A stretch of DNA of 64,000 bases. Source: a virus (Duplodnaviria > Caudoviricetes). The notes beneath the pieces are model-generated. The model was not told the DNA's origin. It did not search any database and was given only the letters and a program-made list of their open reading frames with translations. Location of the stretch: IMG/VR virus record IMGVR_UViG_3300025858_000016, positions 30,010 to 94,009 of that record; one strand, given 5' to 3'. Within the stretch, counting starts at the first letter, position 1. The number at the start of each line of letters is the position of its first letter. The translations under genes were made by a program, and so were the position numbers. Below, one piece after another: positions 51,371 to 58,539 of the stretch.

Positions 51371-51808
51371 ATGAAGACAATGAGATTATTTTTCTCTATA
51401 TTGGTGCTCATGCCTACTGTAGTGATGGCTCAATATAAGTTTCAGCCTGTACCAACAGGATTAATGTTTATATCTGGAGCAAGTAAAGGAACTGCCGATT
51501 TCCTGCAATTCCATTACACGGGCAATTCCAAGTTCTGGAATCCCGATTTAAGCTGGCAAAATAAGTGGAAAAACGGCGATCCTGCACAGGGTGAAAAGTT
51601 TCCGGGTTCATCAACAATCTTTGTCACATTTACCGATGGATGGCATATGATGAATACTTGTAATAAGTATTCAACAATATTAGCTATAACAGTTCAAATC
51701 GGAGGTAAGAAGAAGCCATTTAAATATTATTTGGATGATTTCGTGATTTATTCTTTAGCATATTCGGCTGGGTTTGTTATGACTTATGAGATAATATTTA
51801 AGGACTAA
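51371..51808 (+). CDS. membrane/secreted protein
   Basis: Signal-like N-terminus; KWKNGDPAQGEKFPGSSTIFVTFTDGWH; C-terminal TM segment. Confidence 0.6.
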   Translation: MKTMRLFFSILVLMPTVVMAQYKFQPVPTGLMFISGASKGTADFLQFHYTGNSKFWNPDLSWQNKWKNGDPAQGEKFPGSSTIFVTFTDGWHMMNTCNKYSTILAITVQIGGKKKPFKYYLDDFVIYSLAYSAGFVMTYEIIFKD

Positions 51809-51843
51809 AAAATATAGTGTGTATATTAGTAATAATGATAATA

Positions 51844-51938
51844 TTATTTATAATCATTATAAATTAAGGATATTTTTAAAAATAATTGACCAAAAATTTT
51901 GTTTGTGTTAATTATTATATTAATTTTACCGTGTTAAA
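51844..51938 (+). promoter_or_regulatory. 95-bp promoter module, copy 2
   Basis: 92/95 identical to 29912-30006. Confidence 0.8.
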
Positions 51939-51953
51939 GAAACAATATAGATT

Positions 51954-52151
51954 ATGGAAACAATTAAAACAAAACAGGAACAGAATAATTTGTACAATAT
52001 AACTGATTCGATGGGAAGAAAGACCGACGTTTATTATTGTGCATCAAATATTGATGAAGCATACAAAATGTTCAAAGATGATAAAGTCAACTTCTCAAAA
52101 TATTATTACGGTAAATTGAGAAGATGTTATAATGGAGGGGTAAGAGGGTAA
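51954..52151 (+). CDS. hypothetical protein
   Basis: ORF track. Confidence 0.55.
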   Translation: METIKTKQEQNNLYNITDSMGRKTDVYYCASNIDEAYKMFKDDKVNFSKYYYGKLRRCYNGGVRG

Positions 52152-52183
52152 TCATTCAAACAATAATTAAAAATCTAAGCAAA

Positions 52184-52432
52184 ATGAAAACAACAATCAA
52201 TGATTTAGCCGCAGTACTTAAAGAGAAATTTTCAGGAAAAACTTTCGACCCTTGTACCAGAAGAAATAAGATTCCAAGTAAAGGTTGGTGTGTAGTTGGT
52301 TATGCCGCAATTACAAAAGCTATAAAGCAAGCCGGGTTACCTTATAACCAATTTTGGAGCGGATCAAACCCTACTCCATCGACACAAGCCCCTATTGAAA
52401 TAGTCGTGTTTGCACAGTCATTGTGTTTTTAA
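52184..52432 (+). CDS. hypothetical protein
   Basis: ORF with the repeated TTCAAACAATAATTAAAAA leader. Confidence 0.55.
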   Translation: MKTTINDLAAVLKEKFSGKTFDPCTRRNKIPSKGWCVVGYAAITKAIKQAGLPYNQFWSGSNPTPSTQAPIEIVVFAQSLCF

Positions 52433-52517
52433 AATCTGTGTTTTCTGAAAAGTTTTGCAGCGTAGGTGATAACTATAAAACATCATTTATTCAAACAATA
52501 ATTAAAAAGTTAAGATC

Positions 52518-52757
52518 ATGTTACTAAGTGATGAATTACTGAAAATTGGACAGTTTGCCAACCCAAAGAACAATCTGTCAATGTATCAACAAGAATCGGT
52601 GATGATAACCAGAGTCAGAGAGGCTCATAAGAAAGGAAGTTCTATTAAGCAACTGTATAATATTGTAAACATGGTTTGCAATCAGTTGAACAAACAGGGT
52701 TACAACTACTTTAATGTCGATCATTTCTTTGTTAAAAATCAGGAAGGAGTAATGTAA
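52518..52757 (+). CDS. hypothetical protein
   Basis: ORF with the repeated leader. Confidence 0.55.
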   Translation: MLLSDELLKIGQFANPKNNLSMYQQESVMITRVREAHKKGSSIKQLYNIVNMVCNQLNKQGYNYFNVDHFFVKNQEGVM

Positions 52758-52849
52758 TGGAAGCAATGTTGACAATAGTTGTATTCGTTGCACTGGTAAT
52801 TGGTGCATTTTCAAGTGTCGATCCTATTGAAGTAGATGACGAGTTATGA
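52757..52849 (+). CDS. 30-aa membrane peptide (not in the track)
   Basis: MEAMLTIVVFVALVIGAFSSVDPIEVDDEL; start and stop overlap both neighbours. Confidence 0.5.
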   Translation: MEAMLTIVVFVALVIGAFSSVDPIEVDDEL

Positions 52850-53031
52850 AAATTAATAAAGAAGAATTAGACAAATTGAGTATGGCAGATTTTATAAAGA
52901 GGAAAAAGGAGATTGAAGCACATAATGCAAAGTTATCTGGTCTGATGGTGAAATTGGTAGACACGATAGACTTAAAATCTATTACTCATAGCGAGTGTGC
53001 CAGTTCGACTCTGGCTCAGACTACAAAATAA
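52846..53031 (+). CDS. hypothetical protein reading through tRNA-Leu
   Basis: ATGA-coupled start; 3' half overlaps the tRNA. Confidence 0.4.
   Translation: MKINKEELDKLSMADFIKRKKEIEAHNAKLSGLMVKLVDTIDLKSITHSECASSTLAQTTK
52939..53023 (+). tRNA. tRNA-Leu(TAA)
   Basis: GGTCTGA/TCAGACT acceptor, TGGTGAAATTGGTAGACAC, ATAGA-CTTAAAA-TCTAT, long variable arm, GCCAGTTCGACTCTGGC. Confidence 0.93.
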
Positions 53032-53290
53032 GTTCTTTGAAATTCCTGATTGAAGCAAACAAATTATAGAGCCTGCTTGGTACGACATATAGTCAAAAGT
53101 TATAATTAGACCTCTTGCAAAGGTCGTTGTTTGTGGATAGATAAAAGTTGACAAAGTGTTACATATTCAGTTGTCCAGATGCTCGGCGCAACCGACGGTG
53201 GGTAGCAGACTGTAGATTAGACTCAGATATGTATCACAGAGGTTAATGTATTATTCCGTAGGCATAACGGTCAGGAATTTTTAAAGGACT
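53030..53290 (+). ncRNA. unassigned ~260-nt multibranch structured RNA (RNA-1)
   Basis: Closing stem AATTCCTGA/TCAGGAATT, many internal helices, no ORF, higher GC than the genome. Confidence 0.7.
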
Positions 53291-53291
53291 A

Positions 53292-53680
53292 AAGTTCTTT
53301 GAATAATTGAAAATCTTTGGCTAAACATTGATCCTTTGTGAATAAAACTATCTCACAATAGTAATTATCTGTGTCATGCGCATGTCGCTTGTAAGTAAGC
53401 TAAAACTGGCAGATAGATTCACATAAAGATGATAATCCTGAATTGACAGGATGTTGAATATGCAACATACGATGGCAGAAATGCTGATAGGAGTTGTAGG
53501 CGTAAAAACATCAATGGAGTAATCCTATACGTGTTGTTCCCTTGAGAAAGGATACCATGATTCAATTCTTGATATGTAAAAATGGCATATCCAACACGAA
53601 TGAGTTCTCAGCATGACCCTACTACTCTCGTAAGAGATACGTGGAATAAATTTCAGTGAGTCTGAAGATAGAGGGTGCTA
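53292..53680 (+). ncRNA. unassigned ~370-390-nt ornate RNA with two predicted pseudoknots (RNA-2)
   Basis: About 10 helices, GNRA tetraloops, TGAGAA/TTCTCA loop pairing; no ORF. Confidence 0.72.
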
Positions 53681-53703
53681 AAACAATTTATAAAACAAAT
53701 ATT

Positions 53704-54021
53704 ATGACAACAGATAAATTAGAAAAAGCTAATGAATTAAAGAAGACTATTGATGACTATAAGAATAGAATTCGAGCATCAGTTTCTTTCAGGGATGAGA
53801 CATGTTCTTTAGTTAAGGACTGTTCTTTAAGTATTCAGACAGTTGTTGTGACTAAAGAAGGTGGGAAAGAATATACATCTGATAATTTTGGGACTGCTAA
53901 TGGTATATCTGAAGAATTAAAAAAGAAAGTAGTTGAAGAGATTCAAGAATGTGCTATTCGTATTGCAAGGATTTTTGAGAGAGAGATTAAGCATTTGGAA
54001 GAAGAATTCGAATCACTTTAG
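53704..54021 (+). CDS. hypothetical protein
   Basis: ATG at 53704 (the track's GTG start lies within RNA-2). Confidence 0.6.
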   Translation: MTTDKLEKANELKKTIDDYKNRIRASVSFRDETCSLVKDCSLSIQTVVVTKEGGKEYTSDNFGTANGISEELKKKVVEEIQECAIRIARIFEREIKHLEEEFESL

Positions 54022-54059
54022 GATTTTTAAATAAAGTGATTAGTAAAGTTCTTTGAAGA

Positions 54060-54125
54060 TATTGTTATATTGTTGACGTTATTTGTAACTATGTTTGGAC
54101 CGGGGTTCGATTCCCCGCAGCTCCA
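54060..54125 (+). ncRNA. ssrA: tmRNA acceptor piece (permuted gene)
   Basis: GGAC-CGGGG-TTCGATT-CCCCG-CAGCTCC-A; upstream part is complementary to the coding piece. Confidence 0.9.
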
Positions 54126-54155
54126 CATAATTCGCCTAATGCGTAATCGGTGAAC

Positions 54156-54289
54156 AGATAATAAACGATGTTGTTCTCGAGAAGAACTGAGGAAAGTTTG
54201 ATCCAAGAAGTAACCCATAATCCAGGGAGAGGTGGTTTTTTATATTTTTTTATACCCACCAGATGATGCCAGGTGATCGTTTATTATCT
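54156..54289 (+). ncRNA. structured RNA nested in the tmRNA intervening segment (RNA-3)
   Basis: Perfect 14-bp closing stem, three internal hairpins, GAGGAAAGT motif. Confidence 0.6.
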
Positions 54290-54297
54290 TCTTATTA

Positions 54298-54454
54298 GGG
54301 GCTGACTGGTTTAGACAGCATAAGTTGTGGATAAAAGAGATATAACAGTGCAAAATAGATGGCAACATCTTTACACAAAAACAGGAAATGAGATTAGCTG
54401 CATAAGCTGAATTTTATTTCTGATTAGGGTGGCCTGTCTAAGATAGACCACCCT
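54298..54454 (+). ncRNA. ssrA: tmRNA coding piece; tag (A)GNIFTQKQEMRLAA at 54361-54405
   Basis: 5' GGGGCTG pairs with CAGCTCC including G3-U70; tag frame ends LAA-TAA inside a hairpin. Confidence 0.9.
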
Positions 54455-54463
54455 TCTTATTTA
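54426..54463 (+). terminator. terminator hairpin ending the RNA island
   Basis: AGGGTGG.CTGTC-TAA-GATAG.CCACCCT then TCTTATTT. Confidence 0.7.
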
Positions 54464-54520
54464 TAATGAATAAAAATTAATGATAAATATAAAAGTTATA
54501 TTTATTTTTATTAATTTTAT
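54459..54520 (+). promoter_or_regulatory. degenerate promoter module
   Basis: ATTTATAATGAATAAAAAT-TAATGATA ... TATTAATTTTA. Confidence 0.5.
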
Positions 54521-54536
54521 GGCGTTAAAATAGAAT

Positions 54537-54674
54537 ATGAAAAAATATCATAAAATGAAGAAATATTGGGAAGCCATTTTAATGGTAAATTTGAATAAAT
54601 TGTTTAATGCTCCTAATTATTATTATACTTGGTGGCAAGTCAGATTAGATATGATTAAGAAAGGGTTGATATGA
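54537..54674 (+). CDS. small hypothetical protein (45 aa, not in the track)
   Basis: MKKYHKMKKYWEAILMV...; stop overlaps the next ATG. Confidence 0.45.
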   Translation: MKKYHKMKKYWEAILMVNLNKLFNAPNYYYTWWQVRLDMIKKGLI

Positions 54675-54880
54675 AAAGAATTTCAAAAGAAAAGAAATTG
54701 GCAGCTAAGAATAAACTGTTGAAGATAGTTAACAGTTGTACATCTCTAATCCATTTAGATATGGTATGTGTTATGATGGATAGATTTTGTGAATTATTTG
54801 TTGATGATGAAGAAGATTTTGGTTGGTATATGGAGATTGATAATGCTTATTCAGAAAAATTAAACTCCCTATTGATATGA
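54671..54880 (+). CDS. hypothetical protein
   Basis: ORF track. Confidence 0.55.
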   Translation: MKRISKEKKLAAKNKLLKIVNSCTSLIHLDMVCVMMDRFCELFVDDEEDFGWYMEIDNAYSEKLNSLLI

Positions 54881-55170
54881 AGATAGTTGAAAAAATTTTA
54901 AAGAAGTTTGGGTATGTAAGATTACCTGATGATTCTCATATTGTAATAAATATGAGTAATGTGATTAAGATAAGTAGTAGTAATAGATATTTAAAGTATA
55001 ATAAAATGATAGTGGGCAGACCAGATTATGAGAAACTAAAATATAATAATATTTTGTTATCATTACTTCAAGAAATACAAGATAAAAATTATGTTGAAAA
55101 GAAAGTAAGAGAGATTGATAATGATTTTGAAGAATTAACACTAACCCTTTATTTATTTGATAAGAGATGA
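54877..55170 (+). CDS. hypothetical protein
   Basis: ORF track. Confidence 0.55.
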   Translation: MKIVEKILKKFGYVRLPDDSHIVINMSNVIKISSSNRYLKYNKMIVGRPDYEKLKYNNILLSLLQEIQDKNYVEKKVREIDNDFEELTLTLYLFDKR

Positions 55171-55544
55171 AAATGACACAAGAAGAAATAATTGAAGGTA
55201 ATGAATTAATTGCTAAATTTATGGGTGCAACAGAATTGGGTAAATCTTCTGGGTTATCCGATCCATCAAAATGTTTAAACATGGTTCACCCAATTAATTG
55301 TGATGGGATAGAATATGTTTCTCTTTCAGAATTGAAATATCATTTCTCTTGGGATTGGTTAATGCCTGTTGTTGAAGAGATAGAATCTTTGGGCTGGATT
55401 GTTGAAATAATTGAGAAAAGTTGTGCCATTAGATGTGGTAATAAACCAAATAGATTTTTTGAGAATTTAGTCATATGTGATTCAAAATTAGAGGCTACTT
55501 GGTCTTCTGTTATTAAATTTATAAAATGGTATAAGAAAAAATAA
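55167..55544 (+). CDS. phage protein of the YH.SWDWLMPVV family (ABA-sandwich-like)
   Basis: GNELIAKFMG; LKYHFSWDWLMPVVEEIE. Confidence 0.65.
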   Translation: MKMTQEEIIEGNELIAKFMGATELGKSSGLSDPSKCLNMVHPINCDGIEYVSLSELKYHFSWDWLMPVVEEIESLGWIVEIIEKSCAIRCGNKPNRFFENLVICDSKLEATWSSVIKFIKWYKKK

Positions 55545-55556
55545 AATTAGATAATT

Positions 55557-55934
55557 ATGAAAAAGTTATTACTAATAGTAGTTTTAAGTGTTCTAACACT
55601 GGTATCCTATTCTCAGGATGGAAGTGTTTGGAAAGTGGAGAAGTATAAAGGAGAACAATTAATACACAGTGTCAGACTAAAGAATGAGAACATTCAAATA
55701 AACGAAGAAGGCAAGTTTATAGCTTTTAATGAAGCAGGTATATTTACTTTGATTGAGGCTATACCTGATTCAATTTGTAAAAGCTGTGTATCATCTTATA
55801 TAGGGGCAAGAGAAGAAGAATTGTATTGTGTTTATATTTTTGATGACAGAGTAATATTTATGCCTTTAATTGAAGATTGTGATGATTTTGTAGTTTATTA
55901 TTTCAGAAAGTTCAAACCCAAGACAGGGTATTAA
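55557..55934 (+). CDS. secreted hypothetical protein
   Basis: Signal peptide MKKLLLIVVLSVLTLVSYSQ. Confidence 0.6.
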   Translation: MKKLLLIVVLSVLTLVSYSQDGSVWKVEKYKGEQLIHSVRLKNENIQINEEGKFIAFNEAGIFTLIEAIPDSICKSCVSSYIGAREEELYCVYIFDDRVIFMPLIEDCDDFVVYYFRKFKPKTGY

Positions 55935-55952
55935 TAATACAAAACAATTGTT

Positions 55953-56426
55953 ATGAATCAGAAAATTTATGAGTTAGCTAAAAAGTTAAACAATACTATG
56001 ACATCTGAATGTTCAGAGTTTATAGTAACTGGGTCATTAGCTTTAAATTTATTTGGGTTAGTAAAAGATGATAATGTTAAAGATCTTGATGTTATACTTA
56101 TTCATCCGACAATAAGTTTGATTAAAAGTTTAAGATTATTAGAGAAGACTTCCCCTGCTATTGGTAGATCAGAATATCACATTAATCTACAAAAAGATGA
56201 TTTGATTAGAGTATCAATGAATGGTATTAATGTTGATTTCTTTATAGATACAAAAGAAAGAGAGTGTGTGAATCATTTTGGTATACTATTTAGTACAATT
56301 AATGAAATTGTTAAAGCTAAGAAGTTAATGGGTAGATTAAAGGATTATATTCAATTGATGGGAATAGCAAATGAAATTATATCAACACCAGAATTAGTTG
56401 AATTCTTAAATAAAAAGAATGTATAG
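55953..56426 (+). CDS. nucleotidyltransferase-superfamily protein
   Basis: IVTGSLAL...KDLDVI...VDFF. Confidence 0.65.
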   Translation: MNQKIYELAKKLNNTMTSECSEFIVTGSLALNLFGLVKDDNVKDLDVILIHPTISLIKSLRLLEKTSPAIGRSEYHINLQKDDLIRVSMNGINVDFFIDTKERECVNHFGILFSTINEIVKAKKLMGRLKDYIQLMGIANEIISTPELVEFLNKKNV

Positions 56427-56841
56427 AAAGATAATAAGAATATTAATAGTAACCATTTTACTTTTAACTCTCACACCTATAAAAGATGTGGGAGTTAATG
56501 ATTTAATCGGTATAGAGTTAGTTTGTAGTGAGATAGTAATAACTTGTTATAATCCAGTAATAGGTCAAACAGATAGTAATCCAGACATAACTGCAAGTGG
56601 TAAAAGGATAAATTTGAATGACCCTATTAATCATAGATGGGTAGCTATTTCAAGAGATTTAGAGAAGAGATTTAAGTTTGGTGATGAAGTTTATATTTGT
56701 GGTACTGGTTTATATGATGGTATATGGGTAGTGCAAGATAGAATGAATAAAAGGTTTAATAATAGAGTAGATTTGTTGGTAGGTAATAAAGATATTATTG
56801 ATAGGTGGGATAATGTGAGTGTTTATAAAATTTTTAGATAA
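56419..56841 (+). CDS. 3D-domain (cell-wall lytic-like) protein
   Basis: TM anchor; TCYNP..QTDSNPDITASG, VAISRD, VQDRMN..RVDL. Confidence 0.75.
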   Translation: MYRKIIRILIVTILLLTLTPIKDVGVNDLIGIELVCSEIVITCYNPVIGQTDSNPDITASGKRINLNDPINHRWVAISRDLEKRFKFGDEVYICGTGLYDGIWVVQDRMNKRFNNRVDLLVGNKDIIDRWDNVSVYKIFR

Positions 56842-56914
56842 ATTTTTATTTGTGTTAAAAGTTTTATAATTTTATTGCCTTAAATTATTTTGTTCTCATA
56901 GACACCATAAAAAG

Positions 56915-57886
56915 ATGGAAAATTTACTAAGAAGTGAAATAGAAAAATCAGTGAAATTAGGTGAGATTGAATGTTTTACAAGTGATCAAATAAGAAACTT
57001 TACAAAGGAATCTTACGAAGAGATTAATAAATCTATAGATAAAGAAGCCAGAGAGGAGATGATAGAATGGGTGGCATTAGAAGTTAAATCATTCAGACCT
57101 GTTGAAATTACAGATGATAATACATTACAGAAATCAGTTCAATTTATACGTCCATCTCAAATTGTATGGGACTTTTCTGAAGGAGACGATATTCAGAAGT
57201 CACGTACAGGTAAGTATCTTGATACGGAGTTAAATAGAAAACTTGGTCGTGCAGGTAAAAGGTATGAAGAAGTTAATAATATTGAGAAATCAATTGATAC
57301 AGATATTGAAAAAGGTGGCAAGAAGGCAGCTATTGGTGAAATAAGAGAATGGGGTGGAGTAAAGTATCGTAAGGTATCATCAACAGGTAATCCTAATAAG
57401 GATTGGCAGAAAGTTCAAGAAGGTGGTAAGAGTAGTGATATAGAGTGGAATAAGGATGAAGATGGTATTTATACTGCTGTAGTTGGAGATACTAATTTTG
57501 AAATAATGAGAACACATGTAAGTGGTGAATTTGTTTTGACTGCTAATGGGAAAGGTATTGTTAAAGGAACTTTAGGTGTATGTAAGGGTGCAGCTAAAGA
57601 CTATCTTGATGGTAAGATAGGTAAGAAAAAAGAAGACATTACTGTCGAAAATCAAAAACACGAATTAGACAGAAAAGCCAAAGATGAAGAGAACGAAAGT
57701 AAGAGTAAAAATTTAGATCTAGGTATTATTGCTAATAGCATTAATGATTTAATGTATGGTAGTATAAAAGCTGGTGGTAAGGAGATGAGTGAAAGTGAAA
57801 GAAGATCAGCAGTACAGTCATTAATTGATAAATTAGTTAAAGAAGGTAGAAGTGATTTAATAGTTCAAGCATTTACTAAGAAGTAG
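56915..57886 (+). CDS. putative head-associated protein
   Basis: Repeated [IL]xK[SG] motifs; IGEIREWGG..YRK motif shared with the 60320 protein. Confidence 0.5.
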   Translation: MENLLRSEIEKSVKLGEIECFTSDQIRNFTKESYEEINKSIDKEAREEMIEWVALEVKSFRPVEITDDNTLQKSVQFIRPSQIVWDFSEGDDIQKSRTGKYLDTELNRKLGRAGKRYEEVNNIEKSIDTDIEKGGKKAAIGEIREWGGVKYRKVSSTGNPNKDWQKVQEGGKSSDIEWNKDEDGIYTAVVGDTNFEIMRTHVSGEFVLTANGKGIVKGTLGVCKGAAKDYLDGKIGKKKEDITVENQKHELDRKAKDEENESKSKNLDLGIIANSINDLMYGSIKAGGKEMSESERRSAVQSLIDKLVKEGRSDLIVQAFTKK

Positions 57887-57937
57887 TTATTCAAAAAGTA
57901 AATTATAATTTCGCAATTCATATAACACATTATAAGA

Positions 57938-58501
57938 ATGAAACAGTTTATTTATTCACCGATAGATGAATCCTTCTTTGTCTCCTATTTGACTAATGCA
58001 GTAGGTACAAATGATCGTTTATTCATTAATGAGATTAAACATAGTACAGACGGTGAGAATTGGTTACCTGGTCTTGGTGCTAGTGGGGCAGCAGTTAATC
58101 TTTTTGGTGATTATCTTGAAACTACTCTTAAATTAATGAAGGCTAAAGCAGTTGCTTTAAATATGAATTTAAGGGTATATGAAGACAGACAAGCAGAGAG
58201 TAATATTAATGATGAGTTGTGTAATATTTTAGAATATTCAATAGGAGTAGAAGATGAAGTAGTAGTTATTGATCACGAAGAAGGCACTATTGATATAGAT
58301 GTACCAGCTGAAACAGTAGTAACAGCATTAAAGGCTACATTTAGACTTACTAACAGTGCAACAGCTAAAATTGGAGCAACAGCCCAGGTAAGTGGTACCA
58401 CAGAAAATGACTTTACTGCCGCTAAGACTTATCGTGTTACTGCTAAAGATACTGTCACCTATAAAGATTATGTGGTTACTGTAACAGTTTTATCTGAATA
58501 A
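57938..58501 (+). CDS. virion protein with C-terminal Ig-like domain
   Basis: IDVPAETVVTALKATF...QVSGTTENDFT...YRVTAKD...YVVTVTV. Confidence 0.65.
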   Translation: MKQFIYSPIDESFFVSYLTNAVGTNDRLFINEIKHSTDGENWLPGLGASGAAVNLFGDYLETTLKLMKAKAVALNMNLRVYEDRQAESNINDELCNILEYSIGVEDEVVVIDHEEGTIDIDVPAETVVTALKATFRLTNSATAKIGATAQVSGTTENDFTAAKTYRVTAKDTVTYKDYVVTVTVLSE

Positions 58502-58539
58502 TTTATTTTATTTCGGATATTTTTGATCTGTTATTAGTA

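Noticed and set aside
53030-53680. RNA-1 or RNA-2 as group I/II introns or rRNA fragments
   Set aside because: No interrupted host gene, and no recognisable P7 core, domain V or rRNA signature by eye
54097-54125. tmRNA 3' fragment as an attP/attR integration duplicate
   Set aside because: The matching 5' half and tag lie downstream and pair extensively with it, which fits a permuted gene; no integrase is nearby
54027-54218. Minus-strand ORF of 63 aa (WSCGESNPGP)
   Set aside because: Typical antisense translation of the tmRNA T-arm and acceptor
54156-54289. Annotating RNA-3 as a complete RNase P RNA or a hammerhead ribozyme (CTGAGGA)
   Set aside because: The RNase P CR-V/P4 partner strand and S-domain are missing; there is no downstream GAAA plus stem III for a hammerhead. 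Kept only as a partial resemblance
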